Shown piece after piece: positions 46,693 through 56,751 of a stretch of 64,000 nt of DNA (its first letter is position 1; the number at the start of each line of letters is the position of its first letter). Location of the stretch: the sequence record NC_105514.1; one strand, given 5' to 3'. The notes under the pieces were generated by a model that worked only from the letters and a program-made list of their open reading frames with translations, did no database searches and was not told where the DNA came from. The position numbers and the translations under genes were made by a program. Source of the stretch: Escherichia phage JLBYU40.

Positions 46693-47532
46693 TTAAGAGG
46701 ACATTTTAGCTTTAAGAGCCGGATGCGGATCATATCCTTCAAGCTGGAAGGACCAAGCTGCCGTATTATTTTCTAATAAATCGTAAAGATCTACAAACTC
46801 TGGCATTACTAGAGTAGGTAAAGCACGAGGTTTACGTTTTACCTGCTCTTCTACCTGTTCCATGTGGTCATTATAGATATGAGTATCACCGCCACTAAAG
46901 ATAAGATAACGAGGTTTTAATCCTGTCAGTTTTGCTAATATGTGCGTTAATAAAGCATAACTAGCAATATTGAAAGGTAAACCGAGGAAACAATCTACAG
47001 AACGTTGGGTCCATTTAAGATCTAGGTATCCATCGTTACTTACATAGCACTGGAAGCCGTAGTGACATGGTGGTAATGCCATTTTATCAAGTTCAGCTAC
47101 GTTCCATGCAGAAACTAGATGTCTGCGGCCATGAGGATTATTCTTGAGTCCTTCAATAAGTTCTATAATCTGATCTCTCCCACCAAAGTTGCGCCACTGT
47201 TTACCATATACTGGTCCTAGATTACCCTTATCATACCCCATACTTATAGCTTGGTCTTCATAATTTGGAGTCCAGATGGTCCACTGTCCTTCGTCACGAC
47301 CAAATGTGAATACACGTAGATCATGGAGATTTGTGGAACCAGACAAGAACCATAAGAGTTCTCCTACTACTGATTTCCAGGCCAGGCGTTTAGTAGTTAC
47401 AGCCGGGAATCCCTCACGTAGGTCGAACTTAGCATAGGAATCAAAAATCGAAACTGTGCCCGTTCCTGTACGATCGTTACGTGGTTCACCTAGTAAAATT
47501 ACATCTGTCAAAATTTTTAAGTATTGTTGCAT
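46693..47532 (-). CDS. thyA: thymidylate synthase
   Basis: 279 aa; catalytic-Cys motif PPCH and RLAWKSVVGELLWFLSGSTN. Confidence 0.8.
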   Translation of the reverse strand: MQQYLKILTDVILLGEPRNDRTGTGTVSIFDSYAKFDLREGFPAVTTKRLAWKSVVGELLWFLSGSTNLHDLRVFTFGRDEGQWTIWTPNYEDQAISMGYDKGNLGPVYGKQWRNFGGRDQIIELIEGLKNNPHGRRHLVSAWNVAELDKMALPPCHYGFQCYVSNDGYLDLKWTQRSVDCFLGLPFNIASYALLTHILAKLTGLKPRYLIFSGGDTHIYNDHMEQVEEQVKRKPRALPTLVMPEFVDLYDLLENNTAAWSFQLEGYDPHPALKAKMSS

Positions 47533-48065
47533 TAATAAGTAACCAATTCCTGTACAAATCGCAGGCTGTTATCACTGTTTGCGCCAGTTGCGTAAACTAA
47601 ACGAGTAGATTCATAGTTGTAATCTAGAATCGTATTATCCAGATGTACATCTGCCTCTAGTTTTTGATCACTAAAGATTGTGGATACAAAAGCACTTTCA
47701 ATATGTCCATGAATATACATTTCTAGAAGAAGGTTAGCCCCACCTAGAACTACTGTCTGCTGATCTTTCAGAAATGTAGGTAAAGCATCCCCAATCTTAG
47801 AAATTGGAGTGTAAATATCATGTGTAATATCGTCTGGCAGTGGACGATCAGCACGAATAAATAGGTCAGAAGCTCCAATCATACGTTCTCTAACGGCGTA
47901 TGGAAGAGCTAAATAAGTACCCGCACCAATGATGATGTTATCTGGATTCAACACGTCCAGTTGAGAATAGAAAGCATCTAGTTCTTCTTTGAAGGAACCC
48001 CATGGAAGTTTACCGCGGAGGCCGAACTCCCCATTCGGCCCAACTGCATACATTGCTGTAATCAT
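47532..48065 (-). CDS. frd: dihydrofolate reductase
   Basis: 177 aa; GKLPW and N-terminal fold motifs; start overlaps thyA stop. Confidence 0.7.
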   Translation of the reverse strand: MITAMYAVGPNGEFGLRGKLPWGSFKEELDAFYSQLDVLNPDNIIIGAGTYLALPYAVRERMIGASDLFIRADRPLPDDITHDIYTPISKIGDALPTFLKDQQTVVLGGANLLLEMYIHGHIESAFVSTIFSDQKLEADVHLDNTILDYNYESTRLVYATGANSDNSLRFVQELVTY

Positions 48066-49207
48066 AAGAAATCTCCAAATTCATTACCTAGATCTTTCAG
48101 AGTATCAGCAGAGGTCTCAGTTACCTGACCTACACGGTAAGCTGCACCAATCTGGATTTCTTGCGGAGCAGGCTGTAGAGAAGTAGTATCCAACCAGTTC
48201 ATGATCCATGGAATAGGGTTTTTGGTGATTACTGGTAAGTGACTAGGCCATTCTACACCGATGTGCATAAATGCATTACGTCCCACAAAGTACAGATATT
48301 CTTCTAGAAGTTCTGCATTCAAGCCAATCAGACTACGACCTTTGAAAATGAAATGACCCCATTCAATTTCAGTTTTCAGAGTTTTCAGGAGCTGTGCTGG
48401 TGCTTTAGCCACTGCTTCATCTACCAGATCTTTGTCAAACTGCTGAAACATAATCTGGATGATTGCTTTGGACATCTGAGTGTGCAGAGCTTCATCTTTA
48501 GCGATTAATTGCAGATTTTTAGCAATACCTTGCAGAATATCGTTCTCTGCTAATGCAAAGGTACATGCAAAGGATGCGTAAAACTGCATTGCTTCCAGAC
48601 CATAGATAGCAAAGTAAGCGTCTAATAGTTTAGCCTGAGTTTCACGTTTAACTTCAGGGAACTCCGTTTCTGGATATGTATTGTCGCCACGATGATCGCG
48701 TACTGCGATGAAATACTGACCTAACTGGTACAGTTCATCGAATAGTTCAACAGAATCAGCGATGCGTGCGAATGCTTCTTGGTTTTTGGTTACAGAATCA
48801 ATAAATTCTGCTGGGTCAGTCAGCACATTACGAATAATATTGCTATAAGCACGACTATGCAGGTCTTCAAAATAGCTCCACTGTTTGAGCATACCTTCCA
48901 ATTCTGGACGACTTACAAGTGGCATAATAGCTGCTTCAGGGGCACGACTGATAAAGGAATCAGTTTGAGTCTGCCATGCTAGGTTCAGGAGTGTAATTTC
49001 CTGAATTTCCCGTGGGAGGTTAGGCCATTGTTTCTTATCTGCTTCCAGACTGATTTCAGTTTCAGTCCAAAATTGAGAGCGTTGCAGAAGTGCCAGACGT
49101 TCTAGTTCTGGATGTGCTACACGTACATAATCTGCGATACCGAGAGAATCTCCCAGGAAAAGGTCAGCATTAGTATGATCCCAATTCAGGTTTAGTAAAG
49201 TAGTCAT
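48062..49207 (-). CDS. nrdB: ribonucleotide reductase class Ia small subunit
   Basis: 381 aa; di-iron/tyrosyl-radical family signature; 4-nt overlap with frd. Confidence 0.75.
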   Translation of the reverse strand: MTTLLNLNWDHTNADLFLGDSLGIADYVRVAHPELERLALLQRSQFWTETEISLEADKKQWPNLPREIQEITLLNLAWQTQTDSFISRAPEAAIMPLVSRPELEGMLKQWSYFEDLHSRAYSNIIRNVLTDPAEFIDSVTKNQEAFARIADSVELFDELYQLGQYFIAVRDHRGDNTYPETEFPEVKRETQAKLLDAYFAIYGLEAMQFYASFACTFALAENDILQGIAKNLQLIAKDEALHTQMSKAIIQIMFQQFDKDLVDEAVAKAPAQLLKTLKTEIEWGHFIFKGRSLIGLNAELLEEYLYFVGRNAFMHIGVEWPSHLPVITKNPIPWIMNWLDTTSLQPAPQEIQIGAAYRVGQVTETSADTLKDLGNEFGDFL

Positions 49208-49313
49208 TGATTTTCCTCTTTCTCACTATTTCAGGAATATTATAGCAAATCTGGTAGCGATTAGCAAGTAAAATTTCAAAGAAAAAGGAGACCCGAAGAT
49301 CTCCTTATTTTTA

Positions 49314-51644
49314 TTAAATAGTACAACCGCCTGATGCACAACCGGCTGCTTCTTCTCCTGCACCACCACCATTAGCGGTGTTGAAGTTTGCGTAGTAGAA
49401 AGTCTTCCACCCATACTTAACAGCAGTCATGAAATCACGAACTACTACTGGACCAGGAATGATTTCATTCTCAAACTTGGTGTAGTCATAGTACATATTC
49501 GTACTGATAGACTGACTGAAGAATTTCTGCATAGTTGCTACCCATTTGATCCACTCGATACGATCTACATCATAAGCCAGTTTATAGCTCATTAACGTTT
49601 CCCAATCGGTTGCACCCGGAGCAATTGCAATTACTTTATTCACTGCACTACCCTTGATAGATACAATCTTACGAGGCGGTTCAATAGAGTTAGTAACACC
49701 TAACAGAACAGAAGAACTTTCTCCCGGCATCTGAGCAGTCAGAACAGAGTTACGCATACCATATTTCAGAATATCTGCACGTAGAGACTCCCAATCCATT
49801 TCTAGACCTACGGATACCAGTTCATCAACAGTTTTCTTGTACGTGTCGATTACCAGAATTCCTTTAGATGGTTTAGTACGATCAAACCACTCACATGCAC
49901 CCTGTTCTTTAGCTAGGCGTACAGAGGCTTTATGTAGGAAGTAGGACAGTTTTTCAGCCTCACGGTGAATCCAGTTACGGGCTTCAATACCTTCGTAAGC
50001 CAGACCTTCTGCTGCCATTGCACCTGCTGCGTTCATTAGGCCAATACCAACATTACGACGTTTCTTAGCCGTATATTCCATAGTTGGGAACGGATAATCC
50101 TGAATTTCGATAATTGTATCAACGAATTTCAGAAGGATGTAGCAAGTTTTTTCCCACTCAGCTAGAGATTCCATGCGTCCAAGTACAACACCACCTAAGT
50201 TACACAGAGATACTTCACCAATATCCTCCGGCTTCATTTGATCAAGCTGCTCTTTTGTCTTATACAGCTCTGTAATGTGATGGAATGGGCGTGTAGGCTG
50301 AGTAATCTCAACACAAAGGTTTGTCATACGGATCGGATCAAGGAAATTACCGTGACGATTAGATTCCCCGATGTGATGAGCATACATACGTCCTGTTTCC
50401 ATTCGGATACGTAGCCAAGTATCTAGGATTTCTTTTGCAGAGACTTTAGGAGCTGCAGGAACTGTTTTTCCTTCGTGGTCGATCTTTGTAAGAGATGCCA
50501 CACGTTTCTCCGCTGCCACGTAGATTTCTTCAAATTTAGCCTCGTCATCACTATAAAACGCTTCATGAACTTCTGGAGCATAGAAGTATGACATTAGCGT
50601 AATATCTTCATTTTTCAGATAACGTTTTAACAAAAGATTGTTGAAGCTCAGAGAATAATCCATCTTATCGATTTTATTCTCATCTGTAGCACGTTGTTGC
50701 TTAACCTGCATTAATTGAATGATTTCAGGGTCGAAGTATGGATAAGACACTGTAGCAGAACCACCACGAGTTTGCTGAGTATTGGCCTTTACTGAGCGGT
50801 CAATGTGTCGATAATATGGCAGTTTTCCGGAATGCGGGAATGCCCCATTTCGCACCGGATCAGCAATTGATCGGCTTTCAAGATGATACCCGATTCCCGC
50901 TCTGGCTGCGACCATTTTGAAGACGATGTGCTCGGCGGTGTCGATTGAATCCAACGTGTCAGTGGAATCCACGAGGCAGCAACTAGCAAATCCACGGTCA
51001 CTAGAGCGCAGACCAACCAGTGGCGGCGTAGGAACGTTGATTTTGTGGAGCGACATTGCGTTGTAGAGGTCGATTGCATCTAGAATTGTCCAGTTAGGTT
51101 GAGATAACATCGCCATTGCCATACCCATGTAGGCAAACTGCGGGGTTTCGTAAATTTCACCAGTGGCTATGTTACGACGGGAATACTTATCAAAGAACTG
51201 CTTCAGCCCACCACTAGTAAAAAGACGGTCACGATCATGGTCGATAACCTGATTCAGAGCTTCAAATTGCTCATCGGTAATCCATGCACTCATGTCTTCC
51301 CATGCACCTACGCTAACCATGTGGTCATGGAAGAAGCGTAGAGAAGGTGGTTCGAAAGAGTCATAAAGGCGTTTACGCATTTGCGCAAGACGTAATTCCT
51401 TTGCTGGCACATCGTATGCTGGGTTATCTTTGATAAGACTTTCAGCAGCTTTAATTAATGCGTCCATCAGAGTGTCGGAATCTACAACCCCTTTAGGTAG
51501 AGTTTTTTGAGCAGCCATAGTAATGGCTGACCAGCTTACATCAACTGTTTTGCAACCATACTCTGCCCAACCATTGAGTTTTTCAGGAGCAAAGTCTTCT
51601 ACAGTACCGTCACGTTTAATTACTTTTTCAATGCGATGGCTCAT
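49314..51644 (-). CDS. nrdA: ribonucleotide reductase class Ia large subunit
   Basis: 776 aa from the Met at 51644 (RBS AAAGGAAAG); ATP-cone VIKRDGTVEDF; C-terminal Cys pair; the longer 51749 start is probably not used. Confidence 0.75.
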   Translation of the reverse strand: MSHRIEKVIKRDGTVEDFAPEKLNGWAEYGCKTVDVSWSAITMAAQKTLPKGVVDSDTLMDALIKAAESLIKDNPAYDVPAKELRLAQMRKRLYDSFEPPSLRFFHDHMVSVGAWEDMSAWITDEQFEALNQVIDHDRDRLFTSGGLKQFFDKYSRRNIATGEIYETPQFAYMGMAMAMLSQPNWTILDAIDLYNAMSLHKINVPTPPLVGLRSSDRGFASCCLVDSTDTLDSIDTAEHIVFKMVAARAGIGYHLESRSIADPVRNGAFPHSGKLPYYRHIDRSVKANTQQTRGGSATVSYPYFDPEIIQLMQVKQQRATDENKIDKMDYSLSFNNLLLKRYLKNEDITLMSYFYAPEVHEAFYSDDEAKFEEIYVAAEKRVASLTKIDHEGKTVPAAPKVSAKEILDTWLRIRMETGRMYAHHIGESNRHGNFLDPIRMTNLCVEITQPTRPFHHITELYKTKEQLDQMKPEDIGEVSLCNLGGVVLGRMESLAEWEKTCYILLKFVDTIIEIQDYPFPTMEYTAKKRRNVGIGLMNAAGAMAAEGLAYEGIEARNWIHREAEKLSYFLHKASVRLAKEQGACEWFDRTKPSKGILVIDTYKKTVDELVSVGLEMDWESLRADILKYGMRNSVLTAQMPGESSSVLLGVTNSIEPPRKIVSIKGSAVNKVIAIAPGATDWETLMSYKLAYDVDRIEWIKWVATMQKFFSQSISTNMYYDYTKFENEIIPGPVVVRDFMTAVKYGWKTFYYANFNTANGGGAGEEAAGCASGGCTI

Positions 51645-51682
51645 TTGGCTTTCCTTTTTATAGTTATCAGGATTTAAGGAAT

Positions 51683-51711
51683 ATTCTACTTTATTATCGG
51701 TCATTAGGCAA
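51683..51711 (-). promoter_or_regulatory. candidate nrdA promoter
   Basis: -35 TTGCCT, 17-bp spacer, -10 TAGAAT, about 40 nt upstream of the proposed nrdA start. Confidence 0.4.
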
Positions 51712-51786
51712 ATAAAATTTTCTGATAGAAAAGGCCCGAGTATTTTCATACCCAGGCCCTGTATATTACCAGTCTAGCTTTTTAGC

Positions 51787-52008
51787 TTATTCAATTACTT
51801 TAGCTCTAGCTACTTCTTTTAATAGAATATCTATGGAGGTGCTCAGCTCGTTATAATTGAATGGTTTATTTGGATTTGAGGTTACAATTTTCCACGCTAG
51901 GGTTGTCTTAGGACTTTCTTCCCCTTCCTTACGTGTAATCATATTAGCAGCACTCAGTGAAGTACGATGTATTTTAGTTTTACGGCTCAGATGAACGACG
52001 TTTCCCAT
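51787..52008 (-). CDS. hypothetical basic protein
   Basis: 73 aa from internal Met (MGNVVHLSRK) with RBS; the listed longer ORF overlaps phoH. Confidence 0.4.
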   Translation of the reverse strand: MGNVVHLSRKTKIHRTSLSAANMITRKEGEESPKTTLAWKIVTSNPNKPFNYNELSTSIDILLKEVARAKVIE

Positions 52009-52009
52009 A

Positions 52010-52771
52010 TTACACCTTCCCCATGTCTTTAAAAATATCATAGAATGCTTTAGACTCAACAGAACGAACGTTATCAATCAATTCGATCATTGAGAAGGGG
52101 GCATTTTCGTATTTCTCATAGACTTCCATAAGGAGTGCTAGACCTGAGTCGCCTTTAATGTCTTTCTGGGCTATATCTCCGCAGATAATTAAACGGCAGT
52201 CTTGTCCTACACGAGTTAGGAGACAAATCATTGCCTCAACGGAAATATTCTGAGCTTCATCGACAATTACATAGGAGTTGTTGAAAGTTCTGCCACGAGC
52301 ATGTTCGATAGCCAAAAATTTAATTTTCTGACGTTCGACATACCCTTTATATGCATGATCGCCAATGGCCCATTTCATACCATCAGCTATTGGCTCCAAC
52401 CAAGGCTCTAGCTTTTCCGCTAGATCACCAGGAAGCATACCAAGAGACTTACCTAGAGGTTCATTAGGACGTACGAGAATCACTTGCTCAATATCTGAGT
52501 GAATGTCTACTAGTTCCTGAGCTGCAAGAACGGACGGAATAAAGGTTTTACCAGTACCTGGCTCACCGATACCCACAGTCACTGTGTTGTTCTTGATCAT
52601 ATTGATATATGATTTTTGCTCGCGGTTTTTACCTACTAGGGATTTAGCAACTGGGTTAGCGTAATCATTAGAAAAATCAGCCTGAATTACGTTATTCTCA
52701 TATTTGTTGCCACGCTTTCTTGAACCATTGCGGTTCTCTCTTTTTTGACGTGCTTTTCCCATAAATAACAC
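52010..52771 (-). CDS. phoH: PhoH-like ATPase
   Basis: 253 aa; Walker A GEPGTGKT and Walker B VIVDEAQN. Confidence 0.75.
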   Translation of the reverse strand: MLFMGKARQKRENRNGSRKRGNKYENNVIQADFSNDYANPVAKSLVGKNREQKSYINMIKNNTVTVGIGEPGTGKTFIPSVLAAQELVDIHSDIEQVILVRPNEPLGKSLGMLPGDLAEKLEPWLEPIADGMKWAIGDHAYKGYVERQKIKFLAIEHARGRTFNNSYVIVDEAQNISVEAMICLLTRVGQDCRLIICGDIAQKDIKGDSGLALLMEVYEKYENAPFSMIELIDNVRSVESKAFYDIFKDMGKV

Positions 52772-53056
52772 TCCTATAGTGTACTTCGCTAACAGAGGAT
52801 CAACAAAAAGATCTTGTTTATCAACTTACAAATATATTATACCAATATATACAGTAAAAAGCAACTACAATTTTAAATAAGCCTATGATATTGCATTTAA
52901 ATAAAAAATTTGCTTGCTTTTAACGTGAGATGTGTGATACTAGATAATCATTTTATATCGCGTGCACGAGTGCGTGATTATACAATTTTTAATAGAGATT
53001 GGCAAATAAAATTTTTTGACTCAGATCATGTTATAGAACTTTATAGTAAAATATTG

Positions 53057-53085
53057 TTGACATCCGCCCTCGAATGAGTTATAAT
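53057..53085 (+). promoter_or_regulatory. consensus sigma70 promoter upstream of nrdD
   Basis: -35 TTGACA, 17-bp spacer, -10 TATAAT; FNR-like TTGAC-N4-ATCAT at 53016-53029. Confidence 0.55.
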
Positions 53086-53114
53086 AGTAGTCTTAGTTAG
53101 AGAAGGAGGGTGTA

Positions 53115-54989
53115 ATGAATCGTAATGAAGAACTAAAATATAAAGAAATGCAGGCGTTAATTAGAAACTGCAAAGAGATTATCGAAGGGTCAGCAGATGA
53201 AGAGCTGCTGTTTAATAATGCTAATAAACCCTCAGAACGTTTCCCTACACAAAGGGATATGCTTGCAGGTGAATTGAGTAAGTATCTAATTCTAGAAGAA
53301 ATGCCAATTCAGATTCGAAATGCTCATATGATTGGGGATATTCATTTCCATGATGCTGATTATGCTGCATTAGGCATGACTAACTGTTGCCTGGTAGCTC
53401 TGGAAGATATGTTGAAGAATGGTATGAAGGTTGGTAATGCTGAAATTAGCACTCCAAACTCTATCACTACTGCGGCGGCTATTACTGCTCAGATTATCAC
53501 TCAGGTTAGCTCCCATCAGTATGGTGGTACTTCTGTAGATCGCCTTGATGAAGTATTAGCCCCTTATGTTCGTAAATCCTATGACAAAAATCATGCGTTT
53601 GCAAAACGCTGGACTAAGGATGAGGCCAAAGCATCCGTAATGGCTACGGAGATGACTGAAAAAGAAGTCTATGATGCTTGTCAGGGTCTAGAGTATGAGA
53701 TCAATACGATGTTCAACTCTAATGGTCAGAGTCCATTTATTACCTTTGGTTTTGGTCTAGGAACTTCTTGGGAAGCTCGTCTAGTACAGAAAGCAATACT
53801 GAAAGTACGTATGGATGGTTTAGGTATCAATAAACGTACAGCTATCTTCCCGAAACTGGTATTTGTACTTCGTGATGGAGTAAATATGAAACCAGGAGAT
53901 GTTAATTATGACATCAAGAAGTTAGCTATGAAATGTACTGCTGAACGTATGTATCCAGATTATATCAGCTATGACAAAGTTGTAGAAGTTACTGGAGACT
54001 ACAAAGTTTCTATGGGCTGCCGTTCATTCCTAGCTGCTACAGAAGATGGTGAAACTGCAGGTCGTAATAACTTAGGTGTTGTTTCTGTAAACTTGCCTAG
54101 AATTGCTATCGAAGCTGAAGGAAATATTGACCTATTCTTTGATTTGCTTGAGCTACGTGTAGATACAGCATTAAAAGCGTTGGAGTGGAGAGTTGATCGC
54201 TTAAAATACATTCAAGCTAAAGCTGCACCCATCCTCTATATGTCAGGAGCCTTTGGGTTACGCTTAGGGCCTGATGAATATGTATTTGATCATTTCTATA
54301 ACCGTGCTTCTGTATCTCTAGGGTATATTGGTTGCCATGAAATGCTACAGTTCATGTTTGGCAAAGATGTAGACACAATGTCCGAGACCTGCATTAAGTT
54401 TGTTCAGCGTGTATTGCAGTACATGCGAGATAGAGTCGATCAGAAGAAGGAAGAAACTAAGTTAGGTTATAGCCTGTATGCTACACCATCAGAATCCCTA
54501 TGTGATCGTTTTTGTCGTCTAGACCGTGAATATTTCCCGGAGCATGAAGATATTCTGTCTAAAGGATACTACACTAACTCGCACCACCTTGATGTAGAAC
54601 GCAAAGTTGCTCCCAATGTGAAATTTGATTATGAATCTAATTTTACTCCGATTGCTTCTGGTGGGTGCATTTCCTATGTAGAACTACCAGATATGAAACG
54701 ATTCCCAGATGCACTGGAATGGGTTATTAATTATGCTGCTAGTAAAGTTCATTACTTCGGTATTAATACTCCAGTGGATTCTTGTGGTAAATGTGGATTC
54801 TTAGGTGAAACAATAGCATCCGAAGATGGATTTAAGTGCCCTATCTGTGGTAATCATGACCCCGAAACTCTTGAAGTAACTCGTCGAGTTTGTGGGTATC
54901 TTGGAAATCCAGGTGCTCGTCCATTTAACCCGGGCAAACAGCACGAGGTTATGGGCAGAGTGAAACATCAGGATATTCGAGCTAAATAA
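53115..54989 (+). CDS. nrdD: anaerobic ribonucleoside-triphosphate reductase (class III)
   Basis: 624 aa; C-terminal RRVCGYLG glycyl-radical motif and CxxC zinc ribbon. Confidence 0.75.
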   Translation: MNRNEELKYKEMQALIRNCKEIIEGSADEELLFNNANKPSERFPTQRDMLAGELSKYLILEEMPIQIRNAHMIGDIHFHDADYAALGMTNCCLVALEDMLKNGMKVGNAEISTPNSITTAAAITAQIITQVSSHQYGGTSVDRLDEVLAPYVRKSYDKNHAFAKRWTKDEAKASVMATEMTEKEVYDACQGLEYEINTMFNSNGQSPFITFGFGLGTSWEARLVQKAILKVRMDGLGINKRTAIFPKLVFVLRDGVNMKPGDVNYDIKKLAMKCTAERMYPDYISYDKVVEVTGDYKVSMGCRSFLAATEDGETAGRNNLGVVSVNLPRIAIEAEGNIDLFFDLLELRVDTALKALEWRVDRLKYIQAKAAPILYMSGAFGLRLGPDEYVFDHFYNRASVSLGYIGCHEMLQFMFGKDVDTMSETCIKFVQRVLQYMRDRVDQKKEETKLGYSLYATPSESLCDRFCRLDREYFPEHEDILSKGYYTNSHHLDVERKVAPNVKFDYESNFTPIASGGCISYVELPDMKRFPDALEWVINYAASKVHYFGINTPVDSCGKCGFLGETIASEDGFKCPICGNHDPETLEVTRRVCGYLGNPGARPFNPGKQHEVMGRVKHQDIRAK

Positions 54990-55031
54990 GCTAATCAGCT
55001 GGGTTGCTAGTCGACCTGGCTTTTATTTTAT

Positions 55032-55060
55032 TTGCTTTCAGCCAAAAATTTATATATAAT
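55032..55060 (+). promoter_or_regulatory. plus-strand early promoter
   Basis: TTTATTTGCTTTCAG...17...TATAAT then ATAAATTTGAGAGG leader; near-duplicate of the promoter at 62722-62750. Confidence 0.55.
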
Positions 55061-55088
55061 AGATTTATAAATTTGAGAGGAGAAAGCT

Positions 55089-55370
55089 ATGAGCGAGTTG
55101 CTTCCTAAAGTAGATGTCTCCCATCTTGGAGAGCCTAGTGAAGAACGTAAGGCTCTAGATTGGTTGGGTGGATTTGATTATCGTCGTGTTGTTGCAACAT
55201 GGAATGATAAGAAAGTTAAGAAGTTTCGGGTACATTATGTAGGTAAAGACAAGTGGCTCTGGATTGATTATGAAGAATCAAAGGGGTCTACTAAGGCTGT
55301 GAAAATTTATTGTATGTATGGGTATTATTATGCTCACTGTGATAAGAATGAATTTACAGTACAGAACTAA
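55089..55370 (+). CDS. hypothetical protein
   Basis: 93 aa; RBS GAGAGGAGAAAG. Confidence 0.5.
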   Translation: MSELLPKVDVSHLGEPSEERKALDWLGGFDYRRVVATWNDKKVKKFRVHYVGKDKWLWIDYEESKGSTKAVKIYCMYGYYYAHCDKNEFTVQN

Positions 55371-55379
55371 GGAACAAGA

Positions 55380-55583
55380 ATGAAAAACGTAAAACATCTT
55401 AAATATCGCTTAATTTACAACGGACGTATGGAAACAGAAGATCTGGCCCAATTAGCTATTAATTCTAATGAGGTTACGGTGCGTGCTCTGGCAATTGAAA
55501 AGTTGCGTGCCTCTTATGAAAATCGTGTTATGGAACTGGAGGAGAAACTTTATGGACTTCTTGAATCAGAATCTAAAAAGTAA
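55380..55583 (+). CDS. hypothetical protein
   Basis: 67 aa ORF. Confidence 0.4.
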   Translation: MKNVKHLKYRLIYNGRMETEDLAQLAINSNEVTVRALAIEKLRASYENRVMELEEKLYGLLESESKK

Positions 55584-55746
55584 TCCAGAAAACATGCTTA
55601 TTGAGCAATGGAACTTTGGTTATAATGCTGGTGTAGCTACTTGTATTGCTAGATTGGATACGCTTATTAAGCAAGAAAAGGTACGCCCTGAGGAAGCAAT
55701 TTTACTCCAAAATATTATCGAAGGATTTAAGCAAGGAATCGTATAG
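55552..55746 (+). CDS. hypothetical protein
   Basis: 64 aa from ATG 55552 with RBS GGAGGAGAAA; internal start of the longer listed ORF. Confidence 0.4.
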   Translation: MDFLNQNLKSNPENMLIEQWNFGYNAGVATCIARLDTLIKQEKVRPEEAILLQNIIEGFKQGIV

Positions 55747-56582
55747 TGCGTAGATTAGTTATTATTAGCGGTGCAGGTTTGAGTGTTGAAAGTGGTGTAC
55801 GAGCTTTTCGTACTGATACTGCTAGTGGTAAAGCATTGTGGGATGATTATGATCTAGAAGAAGTATGTAATATTCATGCCTTTCGTGGTAATTTTTATCA
55901 TAAAACCCATATGTTTTACAACAAACGTCGTGAAGAGCTAAAAACTGTTGAACCCAATCTTGCACATTTGCGTATTGGTGAATGGTATAAACAATATCCA
56001 GGTCAAGTAGTAAACTTGACTACCAACGTTGATGACCTTATTGAGCGTGCTGGCGTTCCACATAGTGACATTCTGCACATTCACGGATATTTAAAAGAGG
56101 TTGTTGTAGCTGATAGCTACAATAGTAGCAATAAACGGATTATTGATGTAGGGTATAATTCTATTGATCCAGATGATTATAAATGGGTTAAACCTAATGT
56201 AATCTTCTTTGGAGAACATGCTCCTGCATACGCAGAAATGTATAATGTTTTTGATGGTATTACCAGTCAAGATATGATCATTGTGGTTGGTTGCTCTAAT
56301 CAAGTAATTAACTTCTACTGGGAATTATTTCCTGTTCTTAATTTGACTGCTGCCAAACTAATGGTAGTTAACTACTATGATAGTGCCATAGCAGCAGAGC
56401 CAGGCTATCAAGGTATGACTCGTAGTGAGATGTACCAACTGGAAGATCGTGGTATTCCTTACTGGAGTAAAGGTGCAGTAGATGCTTTTAGTGACCCTGA
56501 TTTTATTGCTCGTGTGGAAGCCCATTTAGAGGGTAGACCTTATGTGCCGGAGAGAAGGGGAAACAGATATGTCCATAGTTAA
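55746..56582 (+). CDS. Sir2-like (sirtuin-family) NAD-binding protein
   Basis: 278 aa; GAGLSVESGVRAFR, TTNVDDLIERAG and HIHGYL sirtuin-type motifs. Confidence 0.6.
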   Translation: MRRLVIISGAGLSVESGVRAFRTDTASGKALWDDYDLEEVCNIHAFRGNFYHKTHMFYNKRREELKTVEPNLAHLRIGEWYKQYPGQVVNLTTNVDDLIERAGVPHSDILHIHGYLKEVVVADSYNSSNKRIIDVGYNSIDPDDYKWVKPNVIFFGEHAPAYAEMYNVFDGITSQDMIIVVGCSNQVINFYWELFPVLNLTAAKLMVVNYYDSAIAAEPGYQGMTRSEMYQLEDRGIPYWSKGAVDAFSDPDFIARVEAHLEGRPYVPERRGNRYVHS

Positions 56583-56751
56583 ATCTGTTTATACACATCC
56601 CGATGATATATTTGTATGGGCGGACGGTAGTTGGTGCTATCGCTGTGAGCTGTGGGAAATGGACTATAAATCCGATGACTATGGTGTCATATATGTTGAT
56701 ACGGCTGAGTATGATACGTTCTTAGAAAGGAACAAAAATGGAAATAAGTAA
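56569..56751 (+). CDS. hypothetical acidic protein
   Basis: 60 aa from ATG 56569 with RBS AGAAGGGGA. Confidence 0.35.
   Translation: MSIVKSVYTHPDDIFVWADGSWCYRCELWEMDYKSDDYGVIYVDTAEYDTFLERNKNGNK

Noticed and set aside
49314-51749. nrdA extended to 811 aa from the most upstream ATG
   Set aside because: The extra 35 residues precede the ATP-cone and have no RBS, whereas the Met at 51644 has a good RBS and a promoter-like element upstream.
46693-54989. Group I introns in thyA, nrdA, nrdB or nrdD (as in T4)
   Set aside because: All four genes read as single uninterrupted ORFs of normal length with motifs in order.
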